DNA of 63,685 nt, counting the filler, from an uncultured archaeon (GTDB lineage Archaea; Iainarchaeota; Iainarchaeia; Iainarchaeales; 1-14-0-10-31-34), in assembly GCA_964442255.1 (NCBI GenBank). It is 4 parts of 4 records of this genome, joined end to end, with 100 filler letters (N's around TTAATTAATTAA, not from the genome) between each part and the next. Parts side by side here need not be neighbours in the genome. Positions count along the whole stretch, not along the records: positions 25,720 to 51,315 come from CAYTYC010000022.1; 3 more parts are not named here. One strand, written 5' to 3'. This document shows, piece after piece, positions 36,229 through 45,985 of the stretch. The translations under genes and the position numbers were made by a program. The notes below the pieces were generated by a model. That model did not search any database. It was not told the DNA's origin and saw nothing but the letters and a program-made list of their open reading frames with translations. The first letter of the stretch is position 1, and each line of letters starts with the position of its first letter.

Positions 36229-38847
36229 CTAAACCGCCGGCTCCTTGACAAGCCGTGAAACCATTCTGCTGATAACCATTGCCCCGACCCACACAACGCC
36301 TGCGCCAAGCAAAAGCATTCCCCAGTTCATTAAACCGAATGGAACCATTCCAAGCACAGCGTTTGCGGGAGAGTAAATCAGCACAGCCATTAACGCAAGC
36401 GAAGCCGCAATTGCGATAATCAGCCACTTGTTTGAAAAGAAGCTTAACTTTTCCTGGCTCCTTATCACCACAATCCTGCTGAACTCAAACACAATGAATG
36501 CAGCAAAAACCATTGTCTGCGCTGAAGTCAGTCCCTGTGGAAGAGCCGCAAAGAACAAAACCAGAATCACAAGCGAAATCTTTAATCCAACCGCCCCAAT
36601 AATATAGCCCATTCTTTTGTCAATCACCCCTGCGCCTTTTTGCCTCGGCTTTTTCTCCATTATTCCCGGGCAGCTTGGGTCAACGCCCAACGCAAGCGCG
36701 GGAAAGCCGTCGGTGACAAAATTGATAATCAAAAGCTGTACCGCGGTAATCGGAAGCAAACCATGGAGAGACGCAAGAAACACGACAAACACTTCAGCAA
36801 AATTCGTGGTCAAAAGATAGTTCACAAACTTTTTGATGTTTGAAAAAATTGTTCTTCCCTCTTTCACCGCGTCCACAATGGACTCAAAATTGTCGTCCAA
36901 TAAAACCAAATCGCTTGCCTCTTTTGCCACTTCTGTTCCGCGGATTCCCATTGCAATTCCCACTTCCGCGTTCTTTAATGCGGGCGCGTCGTTAACCCCG
37001 TCTCCGGTCATCGCGACCACGTGGCCGTTTTTTTGGAGCATTTGCAGTATTCTAACCTTGTGCCTTGGCTCAACCCTCGCAAAAATATCCACCTTCTCAA
37101 CCTTTTTTTTCAGCTCTTCATCCGGAAAATTGTCCAGCTCTTTTCCCTCCATTGCCTCCCCGGGTATCCCTATTTCTTTTGCTATTGCCTTTGCGGTTAA
37201 TGCCTTGTCCCCTGTAATCACTTTCACTGAAATCCCGGCGTCCCTGCACAATTGAAGCGCTTTTTTCACTCCTTTTCTGGGCGAGTCCCTTAACCCGGCC
37301 ATTCCCAAAAAAATCATGCCCCTTTCCTCTTTGTCTCCTTTTGTTTCCACTTTTTTTGCCGCAAACGCCAGAACGCGGAGAGCGCGGGAAGCCATTTCAT
37401 CCTCCCGCATAATTATTTCACTCTTCGCTTTCCGGGTTAATGTTTTCACTTCCCCTTCCTCAAAAAACCGGCTGCAGTTGTTCAGGACCCTTTCCAGCGC
37501 GCCCTTTGAAAGCATCCATTCCTCTTCCCCGAATTTGTGGATTGTGCTCATTTTTTTCCTTTCATGCGTGAAGCCGATTTCCCCGGTACGCGGAAACCTT
37601 TCCTCCAGCCCTTTTTTTTCAATTCCCTGCGCGTAAGCAAACTCCAAAAGCGCTATTTCCGTGTAGTTGCCTGACATTTTTCCCCCAATCCTTTTTGCGT
37701 CATTGCATAAAACAGCGGTTTTCAGCAGCAAATCAATTTCCGTTTCCCCTTTGTCCAGTTTTTTTTCCGCATCCATTTTTCTTCCATAAAAGTACACTTC
37801 TCTTGCACTCATTTTTCCTTCAGTTATTGTTCCTGTCTTGTCCGAGCAAATCACGTCAACCGCCCCAAGCTCTTCCACAACGGAAAGCTTCCGCACCAAA
37901 CTGTTTTTTTTCACCATTTTTCTTGTGCCCAAAGCCAAGGCAATCGTCATTATTGCCGGCAGTCCCTCCGGAATTGCGGCCACAGCCAATGCAACCGCTA
38001 TCACAAAAATTTCCACCACGCTTCCCGCGTGCATGAACCACTGCACTGCAGCAATCACCGCAATTATTGCCCCAATCGCTATTCCAATTTTTGTCCCAAG
38101 CCTGTCCATTTCCTGCCCGAATCCGCCTGGCTTTTCCTCCACTGAAAGCATTTGCTCCGCAATCTTCCCCACTTCAGTTCCTTTCGCTGTTTCCACTATG
38201 ACTCCTTTCCCTTTTCCTTTCACAACGCGTGTGCTCATGTAAGCCATGCATGCCCTTTCCGCAAGGATTGTTTCCTGCCTTACGGCGAACTCTTTTTTTT
38301 GCACGGGCTCGCTTTCACCGGTGAGCAGAGATTCGTCTATTTCCAGTTCCGAGGTTTCATAAATCCGCAAGTCCGCCGGCACCAGGTCGCCTTCTTCCAG
38401 CAGCACCACGTCCCCGGGAACAAGCTCTGTGGAATTTATTTTCTGCAGTTCTCCGTTTCTTTGCACTACGCATTTTGGGACAGCCATTTTTTTCAGCTCT
38501 TGAATGCTTTTTTCCGCCTTAAAGTTCTGGAAAAACCCGAACAATCCGTTCACTACGACAATAAAAAGAATCAGCCCCGCGTTCAGCAGTTCCTCTTTTT
38601 CCCCGTAATACAGCCCGATGAACAGGAGCGCGAGCGCCGCAAAAATCAGTATGATTATGAGAATGCTCTTGAATTGCGCCAAAAAAAGCTTAACCAAATT
38701 CAGGCGCTTTTTCACTTCCAGTGAATTCGGCCCGTGTTCCTGAAGCCTTTTTTGCGCTTCCTTTTCGCTTAACCCTTTCAAAGAGGAACCCAGTTTCCGG
38801 AGCACTTCCTCTTTTTGCAGCGCGTGCCATCCTTTTTCCGCCGGCAT
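36229..38847 (-). CDS. P-type cation-transporting ATPase (type II, Ca2+-like)
   Basis: TGES, PEGLP, DKTGT, KGA, TGD, MTGDGVNDAPAL. Confidence 0.95.
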   Translation of the reverse strand: MPAEKGWHALQKEEVLRKLGSSLKGLSEKEAQKRLQEHGPNSLEVKKRLNLVKLFLAQFKSILIIILIFAALALLFIGLYYGEKEELLNAGLILFIVVVNGLFGFFQNFKAEKSIQELKKMAVPKCVVQRNGELQKINSTELVPGDVVLLEEGDLVPADLRIYETSELEIDESLLTGESEPVQKKEFAVRQETILAERACMAYMSTRVVKGKGKGVIVETAKGTEVGKIAEQMLSVEEKPGGFGQEMDRLGTKIGIAIGAIIAVIAAVQWFMHAGSVVEIFVIAVALAVAAIPEGLPAIMTIALALGTRKMVKKNSLVRKLSVVEELGAVDVICSDKTGTITEGKMSAREVYFYGRKMDAEKKLDKGETEIDLLLKTAVLCNDAKRIGGKMSGNYTEIALLEFAYAQGIEKKGLEERFPRTGEIGFTHERKKMSTIHKFGEEEWMLSKGALERVLNNCSRFFEEGEVKTLTRKAKSEIIMREDEMASRALRVLAFAAKKVETKGDKEERGMIFLGMAGLRDSPRKGVKKALQLCRDAGISVKVITGDKALTAKAIAKEIGIPGEAMEGKELDNFPDEELKKKVEKVDIFARVEPRHKVRILQMLQKNGHVVAMTGDGVNDAPALKNAEVGIAMGIRGTEVAKEASDLVLLDDNFESIVDAVKEGRTIFSNIKKFVNYLLTTNFAEVFVVFLASLHGLLPITAVQLLIINFVTDGFPALALGVDPSCPGIMEKKPRQKGAGVIDKRMGYIIGAVGLKISLVILVLFFAALPQGLTSAQTMVFAAFIVFEFSRIVVIRSQEKLSFFSNKWLIIAIAASLALMAVLIYSPANAVLGMVPFGLMNWGMLLLGAGVVWVGAMVISRMVSRLVKEPAV

Positions 38848-38895
38848 GCACTAGAAAAGGGTTTTCAGTTTTTTAATGCTTTGCGTTTTGGAGAA

Positions 38896-41325
38896 TCAGC
38901 CGCCGAATATTCCGCACAATCCCGCTGCCCCCGCGGCTTTTGCTTGTGCGTCGCTTTCCACGCCCGCTTTTTCGTTTTCCAGTTCCTGAATCATTCCGGT
39001 TATCCTTGAGCGTGAAGCCTGATCAGGCATTTGTTCCGCCACTTCCTGCAGTACTTCAATCAGGCCGTCCACCCTTTGCGCCTGGGCCGAAAGCTTTTCC
39101 GCTTCCTTTCTTTCCCTTTCCCCCTGCATGCAGAAAAACTTGCTTATCTCGTAACCCAGCCCTTCCTCTGAGTCCTGCCTGTTGATTTCCTCCACCCCAG
39201 CCGCGGCTTCAACCACTTCTGTCTGCGCGGCTGCAATCATGCTTCCCATGTTTCCCCCAGAGTACTGCGCCGCATAATCAAGGTTTCTTGCCACGTTAAC
39301 CATTTCCTTTGGCGCAAACACGTCGTCCTTTAAGAGCCCCTGCCATTTGAAAAAGTTTTCAAGCGCGGCCCGTATGTGTTTTTTTATTGCCTCTTCATTC
39401 TGGCTTTCCTCGCAAAATTTTTTCTTTTCTTCAAGGAATTTGCATCCCTCCTCAAAGTGCTGCATGCACATTTCTTTTCCCCTGCTTTTTTCCGCGCACA
39501 TTTTCCTGAATTCTCCAACCATTCTTTTTGCCTCCCATTGCGCCCGTTTTTCCATTATTTTGCTTTCCCTTTCCATTCCCTGCAGGTTCCGCCGTTTTGC
39601 CTCTTCCATGCAATGGCTCATGTGGCCGGCGTAATCGCATGGAGGCTCATTAAGGTCCGGCTTTGGGCCTGGCTTGGGCATCGGCATTGGTTCCTGTTCA
39701 GGGAAAGGCATTGGCTCAGGATAAGATTTCGGGGGCCCCGGTTCCTGCCCGAAACTTGAATCATCCCCTCCGTCCCCTGTTTCATCGGAAGCCGCGGTTT
39801 CGGTTTCTTCGCCTGAAGTTTCAGGGGAAGTTTCTTCCGCAGCAGTTTCAGTTGAAGTTTCAGTTGTTGATTCTTTTGTTGCAGGTTCGGTTTTGTCCGT
39901 TTTAGTGCTGCTGCTTTCGCTTTGGGTTGTTGTTTCTGTTGTGTCCGTTTCAGTGGAAGTGCTGCTTTCCGTTGTTGTTTCGCTTTCGGCCCCGGTTGTT
40001 TCTTCGCCTTCAAAAAATAACTGGAAAAAGTTTTCCAGAACGCTGAACCCAATAAAGTTTGGGAAACCCCATGGCGCAGCCTCTGCTTCGGTTGTTGTTT
40101 CAGTTGTCGTGGTTTCTTCAGGCGCGGGTTCGGGTGCCGGCTCCGGTTCGGGGGCAGTTGAAGTTTCGGTTTCAGTTGTTGATTCTTTTGTTGCAGGTTC
40201 GGTTGTTTCCGTTTCAGTGCTGCTGCTTTCGGTTTCTGTTGCCGGCTCTGCAGTGGTTTCTTCTGTCACCTGTTCGGTTATTGTTTCTGTTTCAGTTGAA
40301 GTTTCCGTCCCTGGTTCAGTGGAAGGGCTTTCCTCGTGCACAGGTTCACTTGGCGCGGATGGGGGAATGTGTGGCTCCGGCTTCGCGGAAGGCTGCCACG
40401 GGGAAGGCGGGTTCCAGAATTCACGCTGCCTTTGCTTTTCTTCCATGCGTTCCCGTTCAATCTTTTCCTGTTTTTCCCTTTCCGCGCGCATTTCGCAGTC
40501 TTGCTGGCGGTATTCCCACATCATTTCGCATTCCATTTTTTTGAATTCCAGTTCTTCCTCCATTTTCTGTTTCATGTGCTCAACCATTCCTTCCTTCATT
40601 GCCTGCGCGATTTCGCTTTCATTCAGGTTGTCGCAGGAAATGATTTCAAACACTTTCTTCATTTCCGGCGGTCCTTCTTGCCCAGGCCCCTGGCCCGTTG
40701 ACCCAAACTGCTGGTCAATGCGGTCGCAGAAGCCTTTTCCTTCCCCGCATATTTCAACCCCTTTTTCCAGTTCCTCGCACATCCTGTCGTCCCGGAAATC
40801 GTTTAAGGAAGTGTAAACAAAGTCTGTCGCCCCTTTCAGGTCCCCGTTTTCAAAGTATTGCACCAAATTGTCGGGGTTGACGTAAAACATTATCGCTTTC
40901 CTTACCTCTGCACGGAACATTTCCTCCGGCAAAATTCCTTTCGGAAACTTTGGCGGCATGTATGAGCCCATTCCCATTCCGTATCCTCCGCCATAGCCTC
41001 CCTGCATTGGCTCGCCAAATTCTTCAGTTCCGGGCCCATAACCCGCAAAATCGCCTGGAGGCGACCCGTATCCCTGTCCTCCGAAGGGATCACCGTCCAT
41101 CATGTTTTCTGGCGGGTTGCCGTACGGGTCACCATATTGTTCCGGTCCTGGCCCATAATCCGGCCCTCCGAATGGCTCTCCGCCCATTTGGTTTCCCGGG
41201 TTTTTTCCGTAAGGGTCATCGTAAAAGGGGTCCTCGTATTGGGCGGAAGCAGGAAGGCTTACTGCAATAACTGTCAGCAGAAATAAAATGAACGGGGCTA
41301 TCTTAAGGTTTCCGGGGGAAGACAT
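38896..41325 (-). CDS. Large secreted/surface protein with Gly/Pro/Tyr-rich, Cys-containing helical and Thr/Glu-rich repeat regions
   Basis: Signal peptide; duplicated ESSST.T..TEPATKESTTET block; paired Cys in helical segments. Confidence 0.75.
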   Translation of the reverse strand: MSSPGNLKIAPFILFLLTVIAVSLPASAQYEDPFYDDPYGKNPGNQMGGEPFGGPDYGPGPEQYGDPYGNPPENMMDGDPFGGQGYGSPPGDFAGYGPGTEEFGEPMQGGYGGGYGMGMGSYMPPKFPKGILPEEMFRAEVRKAIMFYVNPDNLVQYFENGDLKGATDFVYTSLNDFRDDRMCEELEKGVEICGEGKGFCDRIDQQFGSTGQGPGQEGPPEMKKVFEIISCDNLNESEIAQAMKEGMVEHMKQKMEEELEFKKMECEMMWEYRQQDCEMRAEREKQEKIERERMEEKQRQREFWNPPSPWQPSAKPEPHIPPSAPSEPVHEESPSTEPGTETSTETETITEQVTEETTAEPATETESSSTETETTEPATKESTTETETSTAPEPEPAPEPAPEETTTTETTTEAEAAPWGFPNFIGFSVLENFFQLFFEGEETTGAESETTTESSTSTETDTTETTTQSESSSTKTDKTEPATKESTTETSTETAAEETSPETSGEETETAASDETGDGGDDSSFGQEPGPPKSYPEPMPFPEQEPMPMPKPGPKPDLNEPPCDYAGHMSHCMEEAKRRNLQGMERESKIMEKRAQWEAKRMVGEFRKMCAEKSRGKEMCMQHFEEGCKFLEEKKKFCEESQNEEAIKKHIRAALENFFKWQGLLKDDVFAPKEMVNVARNLDYAAQYSGGNMGSMIAAAQTEVVEAAAGVEEINRQDSEEGLGYEISKFFCMQGERERKEAEKLSAQAQRVDGLIEVLQEVAEQMPDQASRSRITGMIQELENEKAGVESDAQAKAAGAAGLCGIFGG

Positions 41326-41435
41326 TGCTTTATTAGAGACCTTTTCCCCTATTTAAAGTTTTCCGGTTTAAAAAACAAATAAAAGGGGCCAAGGGAAAGG
41401 GGGCTTTTCCCCTAAGCCTTTTTTTGGGGTTGCTT

Positions 41436-43565
41436 TTATTCAAGTATTTTTGGATAGGGAGGCTCTTGTCCTTCCGCCAGGACCAGTTCCTTTAATTCCG
41501 CCAAATCCGTCAACGAGTTCAGCAGAATCCTGTTGTTGGAGACTGTGTACAGGATGTTTCCGATGAACAGGGACCTCTGCACCTCATAGCCTCCGCCGTA
41601 GTAATACCAGCCTGACTTCAGGAAAGAATCGTTGTCTTCAATGTGCGTAATCCTTCCCCTGAATTCAAACCCGTTCTCCAAGCTGAGGTTGTACACGTAG
41701 GCCCCCTGGAACACGTAATCCCCGTACAGCGGCCTTCCCCAGTTGTCCAGTGTTTTCTGGTCTTCGGGAATCTCCGCCAACTGAATTGGCAGCACAAGCA
41801 ACCCTGTTTCTTTGTCAAACAGGAAAGCCTTGTGGTCGTGCAGTGCATAGGACTCTGTTCCGCGGTCTCCAATCACTTCCACCCACAATTCCTTCGGGTT
41901 CTCCACATCACTTACATCAAATAACGCTATTTTCACTCCCTGGTACCACGCAAAGTCCCCTTCTTTGGCCGGAATTGAGTCTTTTCCCACTCCAATCAAA
42001 TGCGTTTCATCAAAGGGATGCAAATAATCGGAGTATCCGGGAATCTTCAGTTTTCCCAAAACTCTCGGATTGTATGGGTCGCTTAAGTCTATCACAAACA
42101 ACGGGTCGACTTTCTTGAAAGTCACAAGATAGCCTTTTTCGCCCATGAACCTCGCCGAGTAAATGCTTTCGCCTGGCGCAAGGCCCTCAATTTTTCCTCG
42201 CATTTCCATGTTTTCCCCGAAAATGTAGACATTGTTTGACGTGCTTCCGCCAACTCCTGTAAAGTCCCTGCTTGTTGTCGCTATCCTGAAGTTTTCTTCA
42301 AATTCGTCCATGGAAAACTGGTTTAAAACCGTTCCGGGTGCGGACATTTTTCCGGTGTAGCCAATGTTTCCGTTGTCCAAAGAAAACTTGTGGATTACTG
42401 TTTCCTGCCTTGCTTCCCTTGGCGCAGGCGCAATTTCTTCAATTAATGGCCTCACCCCGAAAGTGTGCTGGTACTGTGCAAGATACAAATTTTCCTGCGA
42501 TGCGTAAACGTTCTGCCCCGAACCCACAACCGTTTCTTTTCGTATTTCCCTGCCAAGGTCTTCCATTGAAACCGACGCAATTGTCACAAAGCTTTCCGCG
42601 ACAACCGGTTCAATGTAGCCGATTTCCGTGCAGCGGGCGATTGGCTTTAATTCAACATCTTCATCCTCTTCTCCTTCTTCCAGTTCCCTGTACAATGGAA
42701 CAAGCCCTGCACAGTCTTCTTCGCTTGCCACGGGCTTTTCAATTACTTCCTGCAACAACCAGTAATGCGGGTAAGCGTTGACAACAAAGTAAACGTTTCC
42801 GCCGATTTTTCTTGAACTAACGTAATTTCCTTCTAATTCAACCGTCCTCTTTAGCTCCGGGTTTTTCTTGTCTGAAATGTCCCATAACTGAACCGCAGTC
42901 AAATTAATTGACGGCCTGTATTCAGGGGGCATTACAGGCATTATTTTTTCCGAGATGGTGCCTGTGGTGGTGCCAGCCTGCGGCGCAACCGCTTCCCCTG
43001 CCGAAGTGACAATTTCTTCAACTGCCCCGCCTGAACCTTTTGTTTCTTCAGCCAAAGGCATTGGCAGCGGCATGCCGTATTCCCTGTAAGTTGAGCCGAA
43101 TACAAGCAAAGTGTTTTTGTGAATGAATATTTCGCTTGGGTGCACTTCACCTAATTCGGTTATTGAAAGCACTTTTGAGGCGACCGCGGGATATGCTTCC
43201 GCGATAGCCAGCTTTTGGCTGGAAAGCGTGTAAATGTATTTTCCGTCTGTTTTCATTATGTCCGCTTCATCCACCCCTTCAACCTGTATATTGGTTTCAG
43301 AGTATCTTGTGCCGGAATCCCCTGCACCTGAATCAGCTTCTGAGCCTGCCTTTGCCCCTGCATCCATTGCAGTTGGCGCAATTGCCTGTTTCATTGCCCC
43401 AAAGCTTCTTCCGTAATTTCTGCTTTCCTTGAAAGCCTCAATTAATTCTGCCCCGGATGAAAACCTTGGAATGTCCGTCCCTTCTGCGGGAGGACGGATT
43501 CCGGTGCATCCAAGCAGCACCAATGCAAACAAAAACAATAATCCAGTCACCGCAAACCTGTCCAT
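41436..43565 (-). CDS. Secreted beta-propeller domain lipoprotein
   Basis: LLGC lipobox; YSETNIQVEGVDEADIMKTDG, LNQFSMDE, VTFKKVDPLFVIDL, GKLKIPGYSDYLHP. Confidence 0.88.
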   Translation of the reverse strand: MDRFAVTGLLFLFALVLLGCTGIRPPAEGTDIPRFSSGAELIEAFKESRNYGRSFGAMKQAIAPTAMDAGAKAGSEADSGAGDSGTRYSETNIQVEGVDEADIMKTDGKYIYTLSSQKLAIAEAYPAVASKVLSITELGEVHPSEIFIHKNTLLVFGSTYREYGMPLPMPLAEETKGSGGAVEEIVTSAGEAVAPQAGTTTGTISEKIMPVMPPEYRPSINLTAVQLWDISDKKNPELKRTVELEGNYVSSRKIGGNVYFVVNAYPHYWLLQEVIEKPVASEEDCAGLVPLYRELEEGEEDEDVELKPIARCTEIGYIEPVVAESFVTIASVSMEDLGREIRKETVVGSGQNVYASQENLYLAQYQHTFGVRPLIEEIAPAPREARQETVIHKFSLDNGNIGYTGKMSAPGTVLNQFSMDEFEENFRIATTSRDFTGVGGSTSNNVYIFGENMEMRGKIEGLAPGESIYSARFMGEKGYLVTFKKVDPLFVIDLSDPYNPRVLGKLKIPGYSDYLHPFDETHLIGVGKDSIPAKEGDFAWYQGVKIALFDVSDVENPKELWVEVIGDRGTESYALHDHKAFLFDKETGLLVLPIQLAEIPEDQKTLDNWGRPLYGDYVFQGAYVYNLSLENGFEFRGRITHIEDNDSFLKSGWYYYGGGYEVQRSLFIGNILYTVSNNRILLNSLTDLAELKELVLAEGQEPPYPKILE

Positions 43566-43655
43566 TTGATTACCTCCAAAACCGTTTTACTTACCCTATG
43601 CACTTTCCCTGCTTTTAAGGTTTTCTTTTAATTAGGCAAAACTCTAACAACCGTT

Positions 43656-44711
43656 TCAGGCTTTTTTTTGCGGTTCGATGATTACCTTAATTGACTCTTC
43701 GGCTTCTTCCACTAACTTGAATCCTTCGCCTGTGTCCTTTAAGGGGAGCCTGTGCGTTATCATGTCCTTTACGTTGACCTTTTTTTCCGCAATCAGCCTT
43801 AACGCTTCCTCCAAATCCTCTTTCACGGCAGCGTAAGAGGTTGTTAAAGTTGCGCATTTGAACCAGAAATCGTTTACAGGCAGCTTCACTTCAGCACCCG
43901 GGCCGGGGGGCGCGAAGAGCAGAATGTTTCCGCCCCTTTCCACCAAATCAAATGCCTGGTCTATTGCAGGCATTGCCCCCGTGCTGACTATAACCAAGTC
44001 AGCCAAACGGTTTTCGTTTTCCTTCAGCAGTTCGCCTTTCACGTCCTCGTCCGCGTTCCAAACCCTGTCCGCACCGAAATTTTTTGCCGCCCTTATCCTG
44101 AATTCATTCACGTCTGTCGCAAAAACTTTTTTTGCTTCCCTGGCTTTCGCGAGCTGAATGTGCAGTAATCCGGAAATTCCGCTTCCCAGCACAAGCACAG
44201 AGAGGTCTTCCCTTATTTCCGCAAGCCTTTGCCCCCGCACAGCGCAACCCAATGGCTCCACAAAAGTGCCTTCCTCGAATGAAACGTTTTCCGGAAGCTT
44301 TAGTGTGCCGGTTTCCACGTTTATTTTCGGCACCCTGACGTACTCGGAAAAGCCTCCCGGAAAAAATTTTGTTGTCCGCAGGGTGTCGCAGACTGTTTCC
44401 CTGCCTTTTTTGCAGTACCTGCATTTTCCGCACGGCACGTGGTGCGTTGCCACAACCCTGTCGCCTTTTTTTATTCCTTCCGCCTGCACCGCGTCCTCCA
44501 CTGTTCCCGCAATTTCGTGTCCAAGCACAAGGGGCGCTTTTTTTATGCGGTACCATTCCATTACGTCGCTTCCGCAGATTCCCGAAGCCATCACCTTAAC
44601 CAGAATCTCCCCGTCCGCTATGTCCGGCTTGGGAATTTCTTCTTCCACTATGTTTTTGTTGTTGTAGTACATTGCGACGCGCATTCTGGTTTCACCCAAA
44701 AAGAGTTTCAT
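43656..44711 (-). CDS. Zinc-dependent alcohol/polyol dehydrogenase
   Basis: GICGSD, GHE, C..C..C...C structural zinc site, EPLGC, GSGISG. Confidence 0.92.
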   Translation of the reverse strand: MKLFLGETRMRVAMYYNNKNIVEEEIPKPDIADGEILVKVMASGICGSDVMEWYRIKKAPLVLGHEIAGTVEDAVQAEGIKKGDRVVATHHVPCGKCRYCKKGRETVCDTLRTTKFFPGGFSEYVRVPKINVETGTLKLPENVSFEEGTFVEPLGCAVRGQRLAEIREDLSVLVLGSGISGLLHIQLAKAREAKKVFATDVNEFRIRAAKNFGADRVWNADEDVKGELLKENENRLADLVIVSTGAMPAIDQAFDLVERGGNILLFAPPGPGAEVKLPVNDFWFKCATLTTSYAAVKEDLEEALRLIAEKKVNVKDMITHRLPLKDTGEGFKLVEEAEESIKVIIEPQKKA

Positions 44712-45496
44712 TCTTTTTTGGCTTTTTCAAATACTTCAAGCGCTTCCTTTGGCGTGTGGTTGTCGTGCACAACCGCCCTGACGGCCTTAATCATTGGAAT
44801 TGCATTGGGCGACTGCCAGATGTTTCTCCCCATGTCAACCCCCACTGCGCCTTTCTGTATTGCGTCGTAAGCCATCTTCAGCGCGTCCAGCTCTGTTTCA
44901 AGTTTTGGCCCGCCTGCAATCACCAAAGGGACAGGGCATCCTTCAACAACTTTTTCAAAGCCTTCGCAGTAATAGGTTTTCACAAAGCTTGCGCCAAATT
45001 CCGCCGCAATCCTGCAGCACAACCCAAGGTAACGTGCATCTCGCTTTTCCAGTTCCTTGCCTACAGCGGTTACAGCCAATACAGGCATCCCCGCTTTTTC
45101 GCCTTCATCAACCAGCTTTGCCAGATTTAATATGGTCTGCTTTTCGTGCACTGTTCCCACAAAAATTGATAACGCGACAGCCGAAGCGTTCAGCCTTACC
45201 GCGTCTTCCATGGAGGTCGCAATTCCTTCATCTGAAAGGTCTTTTCCAATGACACTTGTTCCCCCTGAAACCCTTAAAACCACTGGAACCTTTTCCTGCG
45301 GATCAAAGCAGTTCCTCAGCACCCCGCGGGAAAGCATTAACGCATCAGCATAGGGAATCAGCGGCTTGATTGTTTCGCCCGGCTTTTCAAGCATTCTTGT
45401 TGGACCCAAAAAATACCCGTGGTCCAGTGCCAGCATTACGGTGTGCCCGTCTTTTTGAATTATCCGTGAAAGCCTGTTTTTTTTGCCCCAACTCAT
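44708..45496 (-). CDS. lsrF: LsrF-like thiolase / class I aldolase (DhnA family)
   Basis: MSWGKKNRL, LALDHGYFLGPT, AVTAVGK, VKTYYC, IAGG, GVDMGRNIWQ. Confidence 0.85.
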   Translation of the reverse strand: MSWGKKNRLSRIIQKDGHTVMLALDHGYFLGPTRMLEKPGETIKPLIPYADALMLSRGVLRNCFDPQEKVPVVLRVSGGTSVIGKDLSDEGIATSMEDAVRLNASAVALSIFVGTVHEKQTILNLAKLVDEGEKAGMPVLAVTAVGKELEKRDARYLGLCCRIAAEFGASFVKTYYCEGFEKVVEGCPVPLVIAGGPKLETELDALKMAYDAIQKGAVGVDMGRNIWQSPNAIPMIKAVRAVVHDNHTPKEALEVFEKAKKE

Positions 45497-45700
45497 TTAT
45501 TTAACCTCCTTTAAACCATAAGAAATCAGTATAAAAGCAATAAAAAGCTAATGGAGAAAAGAAATGGGAAAGTTGCCCCGGAAAAAGTTTTTGGGGCTTT
45601 TTTTTGTTCAACTAAAGAAAAAAGGGAATGGAAAAAGAAGTATTATTCAAAGAGAAGAAAAATTTGGGTTAAACATCATTAACCCTTTTTTTCAATTTCA

Positions 45701-45909
45701 CGCCCTGGACGGGAATTGAACCCGCGTCACAGCCTTGCTGCAAACCCTCCTTAAGGGAGGCATCGAAAACCTTTGTTCCAGTCTCCCTGAAACTTAAGGG
45801 AGGCACCGAACGGGAGGTTCGGGTTTATTCCCCCAAACTTAAGGGAGGCATCGAAACTGCAGGTTCTGATTCCGACAGGGCTGTATCCTAACCACTAGAC
45901 TACCAGGGC
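45701..45909 (-). tRNA. tRNA-Asp(GTC) with a 137-nt intron at position 37/38 (intron 45736-45872)
   Basis: Acceptor GCCCTGG/CCAGGGC, anticodon stem CAGCC/GGCTG, loop CT-GTC-G|A, T-arm GCGGG-TTCAATT-CCCGT. BHB central helix CTGT/GCAG with 3-nt bulges. Confidence 0.93.
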
Positions 45910-45985
45910 AGATTTGTCTCTGCCAGATTAATTCTTTCACAAGAATGTTTAATAAATTTTGCCGTTTAGCCCAAAACAGGCTTTT

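Noticed and set aside
39893..40816. Long antisense ORFs (also 2278-2904, 32976-33668, 52795-53535 and many others)
   Set aside because: Shadow frames of low-complexity or codon-biased genes on the opposite strand.
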